Origin: Candidatus Hydrogenedentota bacterium
GTDB lineage: Bacteria > Hydrogenedentota > Hydrogenedentia > Hydrogenedentales > SLHB01
Assembly: GCA_045863335.1 (NCBI GenBank)
Contig: BTVY01000061.1
Span: 1-30,135 of the forward strand
Length of the DNA stretch: 30,135 nucleotides
Direction of reading: 5' to 3'
The stretch's first letter is position 1. The number at the start of each line of letters is the position of its first letter. Under the pieces are notes generated by a model, which saw nothing but the letters and a program-made list of their open reading frames with translations, had not been told where the DNA came from and searched no databases. A program made the position numbers and the translations under genes. Of the stretch, positions 9,525 through 18,000 are shown one piece after another.

Positions 9525-10489
9525 AATCCCCTGAGTCCAGCATGCTTCATCCGCCGCGCCCGTTCGATCTTGCGTTGAAGCGCCCCGGGAAACTGAGCAG
9601 CCGTCACAGGGCCGCTGTTTTCGGGCGCTTTCGCCTGCCAGAATCCGAGCGCATCATTCACATCGCCGCCGCCTGCGCTCTTGCCATAGTTCAGCCCGAG
9701 CCGTTGTCCGGCAAACTGCGGGATACCGCCCGTGTACCGCGCACCGCCGCCAGTCCGCACGGGTTGCGCTCCCCACATTTCCACTCCGGGACGGCCACCG
9801 CCACCGAACATGCCCAGCCCGCCGCCGCCACCTCCGCGATTGGCAAGCGCGGTGCCGAACTGTAACAAGTTGGAGAGTCCCTGCGGGTCGAGTCCGGCCA
9901 GAGCGTCGATCACGCCCGAGCCGATGCCGCCCCGGCCGGCGAGCCGCTCATCTACGGTCTGCCAGGTCGTATCCCTTGGCGCGGGGCTTCCGGAGAAGTC
10001 CGTGTTGAGCGCCGCGCCCATGTCCGCGGTGGCCGGGATGAAGTTGGGTTGGTCGTATCCGCCCGTGAACTGAGACGGGTGCCCCATGAGCGAGGCGAGA
10101 CCCGCCGTGCTGTCCGCGACGGGGCCGCGTTCCTGCTGGGCAAGCGTCTGGTAGTTCTGCAGCCCGGACAACGCGGGGTAGTTCTGCATCATCTGGTTGA
10201 TGGCGCGGGCCTGCGCTTCCCCGACGCCGATGGGTTGTCCGGCATCGTTCACACCGAACATCCCACCCCATGCGCCGTAGGGATCGCCGTACAGATTCTC
10301 GCCGACGGCCTGGTTGTACCGGCCGGCGATGATTTCGGAGAACTGGCGCATCAGGGGATCGTACTGGGCGCGCAACCGATCCCGCCACGACATGATCGTG
10401 GGGATTAGCCCGAGCCCGGTATTCAGCATGGACTGGCCGCCGCTCATTCCCATCTGCATCAACGGCATCAGAACCGAGAGAGCTTCCAT
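9521..10489 (-). CDS. Gly/Met/Gln-rich hypothetical protein, translationally coupled to the integrase
   Basis: 322-aa ORF with GAGGT RBS; its stop overlaps the integrase start (9521-9524); no recognisable catalytic motif. Confidence 0.7.
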   Translation of the reverse strand: MEALSVLMPLMQMGMSGGQSMLNTGLGLIPTIMSWRDRLRAQYDPLMRQFSEIIAGRYNQAVGENLYGDPYGAWGGMFGVNDAGQPIGVGEAQARAINQMMQNYPALSGLQNYQTLAQQERGPVADSTAGLASLMGHPSQFTGGYDQPNFIPATADMGAALNTDFSGSPAPRDTTWQTVDERLAGRGGIGSGVIDALAGLDPQGLSNLLQFGTALANRGGGGGGLGMFGGGGRPGVEMWGAQPVRTGGGARYTGGIPQFAGQRLGLNYGKSAGGGDVNDALGFWQAKAPENSGPVTAAQFPGALQRKIERARRMKHAGLRGL

Positions 10490-10524
10490 GATTCGCTACC
10501 TCACCGCGCCAAGCGGCGCGTTCT

Positions 10525-10553
10525 TGTGTAAACTTGTTCACAGGAATTGTCAA
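10525..10553 (-). promoter_or_regulatory. Possible sigma70 promoter for the hypothetical gene-integrase pair
   Basis: Minus strand TTGACA (10553-10548), 17-nt spacer, TACACA (10530-10525). Confidence 0.4.
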
Positions 10554-10636
10554 CCGGCCCGGCATGCCTGAACTCAGCCAGCTTTCCCCGAAACCGCCGG
10601 AAGCCGGAGATCGCTGGACGCAGAAATGAAACCAGG

Positions 10637-11377
10637 CTACTCATTGGCCGCAAACCTCCCCGTAGATGAGGGCGCAACCAGCGTGAGCAGTGTCAGGGCC
10701 GTTTCGGCAATGGATGTGATCAGGGGTTCGGGAGCGTTTCCACCTTCATTCAATTTGCGTGGGGTACATGGAGACTGATCAAATCGGCACCCTTTGGGTG
10801 GTTGCAGATCCCCTTTTTCACCGTCAAACACGGCACTCTTTGGGTGGTTGCACGGTTTTGGCACGGCACCCTTTGGGTGTGTGCGCAGGGCACCCCTTGG
10901 GTGGTTGCAGATTTTCCTTTTTGCCAGGAGATTCGCTCTTCGTCTTCGCTTGCCCTGGATTCGGGTCCGCTTCCGTCGAAAGTGGGAGTCGAACTCCTTC
11001 CGTTCGTCGGATTTCATTTTGTACTTCGTCCACTTTCTTGATGGAACAAATCGGCGAGCCGAGCACAACCCCCCGCCTTCGTACTGAGGGTCGAGTTCGA
11101 AGAATCCCAAACTCATGATGCGCCCTACAGCATCGCGGAAAGTTCGCTCCGCGATCACGAACGGGCAGTCATTCCATGTGAACGTCATGCCCTCATCAAG
11201 TCGCCGAGTATCCCATCCGCTCAACTTTTGGAACTTTCGCATCATCTCACTTAGCACACGGTATTCCGTGCCCGAAAGCGCAAGACACGCCTGAGAGTCG
11301 AGCATTTCGAAGAAGAGTTGGACGCTCAAGCCCTTGCCAAAATGGCCGAACTGACGCGACCGTTTCGCCGCCCTCAT
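10637..11377 (-). CDS. Putative replication initiator (N-terminal winged-HTH-like, lambda O-like layout)
   Basis: N-terminal LALSGTEYRVL..TFTW..RTFRDAVGRIMSLGFF resembles a wHTH; basic linker; HPKG-type peptide repeats encoded by DNA iterons; lies downstream of alpA in a coupled operon. Confidence 0.55.
   Translation of the reverse strand: MRAAKRSRQFGHFGKGLSVQLFFEMLDSQACLALSGTEYRVLSEMMRKFQKLSGWDTRRLDEGMTFTWNDCPFVIAERTFRDAVGRIMSLGFFELDPQYEGGGLCSARRFVPSRKWTKYKMKSDERKEFDSHFRRKRTRIQGKRRRRANLLAKRKICNHPRGALRTHPKGAVPKPCNHPKSAVFDGEKGDLQPPKGCRFDQSPCTPRKLNEGGNAPEPLITSIAETALTLLTLVAPSSTGRFAANE
10785..10912. repeat. Four ~22-25 bp iteron-like repeats with internal dyad CACCC-TTT-GGGTG; putative replication origin
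   Basis: Copies at 10785 (CGGCACCCTTTGGGTGGTTGCAGAT), 10831 (CGGCACTCTTTGGGTGGTTGCA), 10864 (CGGCACCCTTTGGGTG), 10888 (GGGCACCCCTTGGGTGGTTGCAGAT). Confidence 0.75.
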
Positions 11378-11784
11378 GGATATGACACCCCAAATAGGTC
11401 ACCCTGGCCCGTGTCCGGTATCGCGGGCTCAGGATTATCGGCGAGCCAGGCCCACGCTTTAGAGGCGTCCACCATCGACCACACACTTGTCGGTGCCGCA
11501 TGGCGTTCCAGCCGTTCGCAAGCGCAGTATCCCACCCTTCGGATGATCCCGGCACGAGCCAGTGCACCAGGAACGGCGCCGAGACAGGCGGGGTCGATTT
11601 CCGGGGGCAATGTCACTGCGTTCCGAACGTCATCTGCGGTGCCGCTACCGTTTTCGAGCAGGTGAAGTAAGAGCGCACGCCCGCCGCGATTGATGTACAC
11701 GGCACGGCGACGTTCAAAGGTGGATAGGGCCGCGTCTTTGCGGGCACGGCCATCGCGGGGTTCTTGATTCGGCAGCGCGTTCAT
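11374..11784 (-). CDS. Small phage/satellite-type hypothetical protein (possible wHTH)
   Basis: ATG at 11784 overlaps the alpA stop (ATGA) and its stop overlaps the rep start; LLLHLLENGSGTADDVR..LARAGIIRRVG looks wHTH-like. Confidence 0.6.
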   Translation of the reverse strand: MNALPNQEPRDGRARKDAALSTFERRRAVYINRGGRALLLHLLENGSGTADDVRNAVTLPPEIDPACLGAVPGALARAGIIRRVGYCACERLERHAAPTSVWSMVDASKAWAWLADNPEPAIPDTGQGDLFGVSYP

Positions 11785-11987
11785 ACGGCCACCCTGCGGA
11801 CAGCCGGGCAACCAGCATCCAGCCAGGACAAGAGTTCCCGCTTTCGCCAAAGTGAACGGGAACCGAGCTTGACAGGACGCGGCATCTTTCCCGCGTCAGA
11901 CATGCGCCACACTGACCGCTGGCAAAGATCTAGCATGTCAGCCACTTCCTTGACGTTGAGTAATTCTTTTGCCGTGTCCTGTTCCAT
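11781..11987 (-). CDS. alpA: AlpA-family / excisionase-like HTH regulator
   Basis: LLNVKEVADMLDLCQRSVWRMSDAGKMPRPVKLGSRSLWRKRELLSWL is the AlpA-family pattern; GGGAG RBS before ATG 11987. Confidence 0.88.
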   Translation of the reverse strand: MEQDTAKELLNVKEVADMLDLCQRSVWRMSDAGKMPRPVKLGSRSLWRKRELLSWLDAGCPAVRRVAV

Positions 11988-12035
11988 CTTGTGTCTCCCA
12001 TCGCAGTCCCAATGACTGCCTTCAACCCTAAGTGC

Positions 12036-12156
12036 GAGACAAGTCTCATTTCGGGTTAACGGAGCACAGACGCGGAGGTGCAATGAAAGTAACCTGAGAG
12101 TCTTACGGAGCGAATAAAAGATGAGACAGAATAGGAGGGGTTGAGACTTGTCTCAA
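12036..12156. promoter_or_regulatory. Pair of palindromic operator-like sites upstream of alpA
   Basis: GAGAC-AA-GTCTC (12036-12047) and TTGAGAC-TT-GTCTCAA (12141-12156), plus a TGAGAC half-site at 12122. Confidence 0.55.
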
Positions 12157-12171
12157 AACTGGCGACTTGGG

Positions 12172-13332
12172 CTATTCTGGCCTGATATGGAATGCCGTCT
12201 TCCACCCCTTGAACTTAGGCAGGCGTTCAATGGGATCGCCTTTGATCGTACTGAAAATACGGGTAAGATCTTTACGAAGCCGGTTGACAACTTTGCGTTG
12301 TGCGTCTTGCTTCCCAAGATCGGGGTCTCGCTTCAGTTTCCCTTTTTCTTCCGCTAAGTCACGCAATAGTTTGAATTGTTGGTTTGGGTTCTTGTTTCGC
12401 CCATCAGCCATGCCAAGTTCCGCAGCCGTCTTTAATTCGTCGGTATCGCCCACTTGAATGCGGATGGTTTCACCATTGGTGAATTTCAACTGAACGTCAT
12501 CCCACGTAGCGCCTTCCGGCGAGGGGAAGACGTAAGAAATGCCGTCGAGGGGTTCGCCCAGGGCATTACGTTGCTCCTCGCCACCATCCTTCGGCGCCTT
12601 CCCGGCCTGCTCCGTAGCATCGCCAGTTCTATCTACTTCGCCGGCGCTGTCTACGGGCACGCTCAGACATGCCGCGGGCTGATGCTGGAGGAATTCGTCA
12701 AGTGCCTTCGGGAGAACTGCACCCGCCTTTTGTGCGATTGATATCGCGTCCATTGCGGCTATGATCGGGGTAGTCCGTCGAACCAGATCACGCAGCGCTG
12801 AACCGATTCGCGGAGTCGGATGCCTGCGAGGACACAAAACGCCGTCCCGCAGTGCTGTGTTGATGACAAGCTCCACTTCGCACATCATTGTTCGCCTGCT
12901 CAAGAACTCGGGGATCATGGTCTTGAACCACTCGTCGATTTGGCGTTCGTCCTCGGACTTGTCTACAGCAAACGGGTGGCCGAACAGAAACCTCCCCGGA
13001 AAGTGATTAGGATCGTCTTCCGGCAAGCGGTACCGTCTTATTCGGTTCTTGCTTGGGGATTTGTGTCTCCACTCGGTTTGCGGCTTGTATTCAAGCGACC
13101 GCCCTTTGCTCGCCATGAATTCCAAGGAAGTGTCGTAAAGACCGTGAAACTGCGCGGTCGGAAGTGGCTCCAATCCCGCCAGAAGGCACGATGCCTCGTG
13201 CACGGTCCACGTGGGGCGTTTCAGGTGCGCGTCGTAATCTGGCTGCAGGAGGTGGAACAACTGTCGGCATATTACGCGGCGAAGTTCACTTCGGGAGGGG
13301 CTTACGATCTGAACCATGGACCCGTCATCCAT
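12172..13332 (-). CDS. Hypothetical protein, possible C-terminal DNA-binding (winged helix-like) domain
   Basis: 386-aa ORF; N-terminal WTVHEASCLLAGLEP; basic C-terminus QFKLLRDLA..AQRKVVNRLRKDL..GWKTAF. Confidence 0.6.
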   Translation of the reverse strand: MDDGSMVQIVSPSRSELRRVICRQLFHLLQPDYDAHLKRPTWTVHEASCLLAGLEPLPTAQFHGLYDTSLEFMASKGRSLEYKPQTEWRHKSPSKNRIRRYRLPEDDPNHFPGRFLFGHPFAVDKSEDERQIDEWFKTMIPEFLSRRTMMCEVELVINTALRDGVLCPRRHPTPRIGSALRDLVRRTTPIIAAMDAISIAQKAGAVLPKALDEFLQHQPAACLSVPVDSAGEVDRTGDATEQAGKAPKDGGEEQRNALGEPLDGISYVFPSPEGATWDDVQLKFTNGETIRIQVGDTDELKTAAELGMADGRNKNPNQQFKLLRDLAEEKGKLKRDPDLGKQDAQRKVVNRLRKDLTRIFSTIKGDPIERLPKFKGWKTAFHIRPE

Positions 13333-13599
13333 ACCCGTATGAAGAAGGCGGGGCAGCCGTACGGTTCGGTTTTCGGGCCGTCGCCCTAGCCCCGGCTCAA
13401 GAGCTCGTTGTCAATGTATCAGTTCTGTCCCGAATGAGCAATATATTGCATAATGGGTACAACACATATGAAATTATTACAAAGATGGTCAGGATTGACA
13501 GGTAAGGCTCCCCCTCCTGTTTCTCCTTCCCCGCGTTGCATTTGGTAGGATCGTGGCTCAAGGTATTGTGGGCGTTGGCTTTACGTGCAAATCTGGCAT

Positions 13600-13718
13600 T
13601 GTAACGAAACGTTACACTTTGGAATTGTGTATGATCCAGTTTGCAACGGTTGGGTGAAGGCGGAGAATCCGTGTTTTCTCACTGGGAAAACGCCATTGAC
13701 AGTTCTACTGTTGGTAGA
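13600..13718. promoter_or_regulatory. Operator-like palindromes in the divergent control region
   Basis: TGTAACG-AAA-CGTTACA (13600-13616); TTGACA at 13696 followed by TCTAC-TGTTG-GTAGA (13704-13718) just upstream of the XRE gene. Confidence 0.5.
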
Positions 13719-13765
13719 GTAAGGATGTGGTAGGAATCGTACCACACCTTGGGAGGAACGGGGGG

Positions 13766-14143
13766 ATGAGATTTGGAGAACACATCAAGACGAGGAGGCT
13801 GGAACTAGGGCTGTCGCTTCGCGCTTTCTGCCTCAAGTACGGGGAAGACCCGAGCAACTGGAGCAAGCTCGAACGCGGCTTGCTTCCGGCGCCGGACAAG
13901 TACGAGCGGTTGCTGCAGATCGGCCAGTACCTCGGATACGAGGATGACAGCCCTAAGATGCGGGAGTTCTTCGACATGGCCAGTGTCAGCAAGGGAAGGA
14001 TTCCCGACGACATTCAGAGCGACGTAGCGCTCATGGAGAAGTTGCCGCTTGTGTTCCGGACTTTGAGAGACACGCCCACCGAAGGGGAACTCATGCGGTT
14101 GGCGGACCTGATCCGGGGGGCTCACCGTCCGGATGCTGAGTGA
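13766..14143 (+). CDS. XRE-family HTH repressor (ImmR-like)
   Basis: MRFGEHIKTRRLELGLSLRAFC..DPSNWSKLERGLLPAP; GGAGG RBS; overlaps the ImmA-like gene. Confidence 0.88.
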   Translation: MRFGEHIKTRRLELGLSLRAFCLKYGEDPSNWSKLERGLLPAPDKYERLLQIGQYLGYEDDSPKMREFFDMASVSKGRIPDDIQSDVALMEKLPLVFRTLRDTPTEGELMRLADLIRGAHRPDAE

Positions 14144-14591
14144 CCGGCAGATACGTGAAGCCGCGGACCGGTATCGCGAAGAGAACTGGCATGATGGGAC
14201 GATGCCCGTAGACATCGAACTGATACTGGAACGCATGGGCATCGATATCGTCCCGGTTGCGAACTTCCTCAGCGATGTTGGCGTGGACGCTTGTTTGTCG
14301 GCCGACCTGACAACGATCTATATCGATCTTCAGTACTACATGGATGAACGCATGACCTTCCGGGTCCGTTTCAGTGAGGCTCACGAGTTGGGCCATCTGG
14401 TTCTACACAGGCATGTCTTCGAGGAATTCAGAAGGGCATCGCCGGGCTCGGTTTTGGAGCGGGCGCGGCACGTGCGGGACCGGTTCGAGAATGAGTTGCT
14501 GGAGAAAGAGGCCGACGAGTTTGACCGCCTCATTGACCGCCCCCTGACCAGCCCGCTTACGACGCAATGGCGCGCTACTGTAATCTCCTGA
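14133..14591 (+). pseudogene. ImmA/IrrE-family Zn metallopeptidase, apparently 3'-truncated
   Basis: PVDIELI, RVRFSEAHELGHLVLH (HExxH), LEKEADEF; family similarity seems to stop at ~14523 where FA..LL.P and the C-terminal part would be expected. Confidence 0.65.
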
Positions 14592-14814
14592 CCTGCACCT
14601 CTTCGTCAATGCCATCAACAACGGGGACGGCCGATTCAAGCCAACTGCTGAAAATGATCGCCTCCGGCCTTATCCCGAACGCACTCTCGTACTCATCCCC
14701 GGCTTGCTGCCAGACTTACCGCTGACTGGTTCCTAAGTAGGAAGGTCACGGACACATGGTGAAATGTCCTTTTCCGTAACAGTCTCCCACAAAATTACCC
14801 CCCATAATTATGGC

Positions 14815-14843
14815 TTGACGAATGCCCGTCTTCGTGTTATACA
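14815..14843 (+). promoter_or_regulatory. Probable sigma70 promoter of the Rhs locus
   Basis: TTGACG (14815-14820), 17-nt spacer, TGn-TATACA (14838-14843); about 210 nt before ATG 15059. Confidence 0.5.
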
Positions 14844-15058
14844 AAAGCAGGACCAAGAGCGCCTCGGGCGGGGGATTGGGTAAGCGCGACGAAGCGAGTT
14901 TGGGTCTAGTACGGTGCGCGGGTGTTGATCCTTGACACCCCCACGCGGCTCATCTTGGGGAAGATGCAGCCTGTCGTCCTCCTTCCTCGTTTCCATCGCA
15001 GCACGTTCATGCAATTGATGTTGTGTGGGGTTTGCCCAACGATACGGGGAGCGTTGTC

Positions 15059-18000
15059 ATGCTCGCATTGCTCAAGAACCGGGTCTGGTTGCGGATCGTA
15101 ACTGTTTTCACCATCGCCACCTTCTTACCCTCCGCCGCTGGCGCGTGGAACTTCTTCCCTGCCAAGCTGGACGCCGAGGAGGCAAGTGCGCCGGAGAATC
15201 CATGGGCCGACCTTCCATGGGTCACGGCGGAGCAGTCCGCCGCCGCAGATTTCTCGCTGCTCCCGTGGGAATCCACGGGTGAGGGTGCGTCGCTTGATGG
15301 TTTCCACTCACCCTTAAAGCTGGCAAACCTCGATACGCCATCCGGCTCGCCGGGTGACTCAACCGAGATGGCAAAGTCCAGTTCCCAGGACTCCGGAAAC
15401 TCTCTGGAAGCTCAAGGGTACCGGCCGGTCCAACTTGCCAAGGCAACCGGCGGACTCCCGAACGCAAGCGAGTTGTTGGCCAACCTCGCGGCGATGAGCG
15501 AAAAAAAGGACGAACCCAAGAATGAACCGGTAGTCCTGGCCCAAGCCGAACCGGCCGCCCCCGAACCGTTGCCGGCGCCAGGTACGCTGGCCTACCAAGT
15601 CGCGGAAGCGAAAGCGTCTTTTGACAATGGCGAGTACGTAAGTGCCGGCCTGTCCTTTCTGTCGCTCGCGAATCAGTACTCCAGTGCCGAGGCCATTGCA
15701 GAGGCCGATGACGGCGTGAGCAGCATCATGCAAGGCACTCTGGATGGCACCATACCCTTTAGCGTCATGGACGCGTTTACGGCGCAGTTGCCGCCCTGGG
15801 AATCCCTCTCCACCGAAGCGCGGTATATTCTCGTCAGCGCGTACAACAACGGAGTCGAATCCGCGATTGAGAAGAACAACCCAGCGGGTGTCACTTACTA
15901 CATTCCTCAAGGGTTGGCGGTTGCATCCGCTTTTTGCCACGAAAACGGAGACAGCTATTTCATTCAATCCGCTGTCGATTACTACCACGATACCGCCACC
16001 GCCGCCGGTCCCGAACAAGTGGCCTTGCTCATCGCGGAATTTGAGGACATCGCAAGCGTTCACAACCCGGAAGAAAGCAGCCTGGCGGGACCCCTACACA
16101 AGATCGCCGTCCTGGATGTGCTCGACCGGCACTTCGCCGAAGTAGAGCATAACTTCCAACGCAGTCCTTACTACTGCGCCATGATTGAAGGGGCCGCTGC
16201 GAGCTCTGAATTCCAAGCCGTTTTCGACAATAAGGACGTTCAACCCTGGGTCAAGGCGTTTTACGCGTTCGTTGTAGGCCGCGCCCTCTGGCGACTGCAT
16301 AAGTACGAAGAAGCCTACGCCATGTACAACCAGGGCATTGCCTATGGTCCGGATCGCGGATCCACCCGCCAAGCCCTCGAGTTCTACGCGACGCAGGTGT
16401 ACTCGATCATCATGGGGGACGACGAATACGCGGGTATTCTGGCCTTCAACGACTTCTTAACCGCTTATCCCAACGCCGACTACAAGGACCGCGCACTCCT
16501 GCAAATGGGCGGGCTTTATCTCCGGGCCGGGGATTGGGCGAGCGCCCTTGAGTTCTTCCGGCAAGTTATCGCGGAATTCCCGGAAGGGCAAGTCGCGAAA
16601 GTGTGCCAAGGCGAGATTGATTACATCATGAATAATCTCTATGGCACAGTGCAGGTGGCGAAGACCCGGTCAGACGCCTCCGTCACTGATGCCGTACGCA
16701 CGGCCCAACTCTGCGGCCCATACGCCCTGCGGGAGTTGCTCGCCGCCCGGAATATCGACGCGTCGGTTGAACAGTTGGCTCAGGTCGCAGGGAGTGACGA
16801 AGACGGGACTTCCATGCTGGGCCTCATCGAGGCAGCAAATGGGTACAACGTCCAGCTCTCAGGAGTCCAGTACGCGTCCGTAGATACGCTACAGGTGCCT
16901 TGTCTCGCATTTGTCAATGGCAATCACTTTGTCTACGTGGAATCTGTCGATACGGACTGGATCAAATACCGGGACATCCAACTTGGCTCGGGACGGATGG
17001 CCACCCGGCGCTTCGCGTCTATTTGGAACGGTGAGGCATTGGTCACGGATGCGCCCATCCAGACGGCAACCCTATTGACTTCCGAGTCGCTATCGATGCT
17101 TGTGGGCGGGTGTGATGATGGTGGCGGAGATACTACAGAGATCGAAGAGAGTGACTACGAAGAAGACTGCCCAACTCAGAATGCGCATACCGTCGGTCGT
17201 TCAGGTGGTGGTTCAGCTAGCGGCTGTGGGGGATGTGGGGCGAATACCCCATGCAGTCCGGCAGCCCGAATCAGTACCAATAGCCCCGGCGTAAACGTGA
17301 TGATTGATGGATTTCAATCCCGTATGGTCATAACAGAAAACGACCTCTCGCTCGATTGTCCGGGGCCGCTAAGGCTCTTTTTCGAGCGCATATACACGAA
17401 TCCGGTTGGGTATCAGAAAGAGTATAGTGAACTCGGGGATGGCTGGACGCACACCTATAGCCAGGAGAACGGTTTCTATCAAGCAGCCGCGTGGAGCCAT
17501 GCCTTTATCACTACTACACTGGAGACGAGGTACTTTGATGTAGAAAACATACATACCAATTTGCACGTCAGCCTACCCCGTGGGGGGCACTATTCTAGAA
17601 GTACTTCAGCGCCAGAGTTTCTCGATGGAAATTGCGCCGTCGAACATCCCGATCCGTATATTTACGAGAGAAACGGTGTGACGTATCAATATGAGCCGAC
17701 AGCTACGTATACAGACGCATTTGGAGATTGCGGGGACATCTTTCACGCGCTCACCGTGAGCACCCAGTATCGACTAGCGTCAATACATTCGGCGAGCGCT
17801 GGTGCATTGAGCATGAGTTACGACGGATCGGGCCGCGTTACTATGGTAACCGCTCCAGGTTCGGCCGGCCAAGTTTTACACATTACGTACGCGGGTGATC
17901 GCATTTCTCAAGCCTCACTCTCTGTAGATTCTACACCAATAGCGGTTGTCGAATACGAATACAATGCCAATGGAGAATTGACGAAGGTTCTCGACATCAA

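Larger units (their letters stand above)
7845..14750. mobile_element. tRNA-Pro-integrated element core (phage-satellite/PICI-like or integrative element); right boundary uncertain, may include the Rhs locus
   Basis: tRNA, integrase, putative rep with iterons, AlpA, divergent XRE/ImmA; no capsid, terminase, tail or T4SS genes recognised; no clear duplicate of the tRNA 3' end seen in the window. Confidence 0.7.

Noticed and set aside
10785-10912. Repeats as a mini CRISPR array
   Set aside because: Spacing is irregular and too short (46, 33, 24 bp), the repeats lie in a coding gene, and no cas genes are present.
7891-14600. Complete prophage or ICE
   Set aside because: No terminase, capsid, tail, lysis, relaxase or T4SS genes recognised.
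14720-14760. A second intact tRNA or a definite attR
   Set aside because: Only a short loop-like fragment with no T-arm or acceptor stem; kept only as a weak scar hypothesis.
15023-15058. ORF-track upstream starts (15023; likewise 757, 13727, 12083, 11850)
   Set aside because: Downstream ATGs (15059, 790, 13766, 11987, 11784) have better RBS or coupling and fit the domain starts.
16700-17045. C39 domain as part of a bacteriocin ABC transporter
   Set aside because: No TM domain or Walker motifs follow; the frame continues into Rhs repeats.
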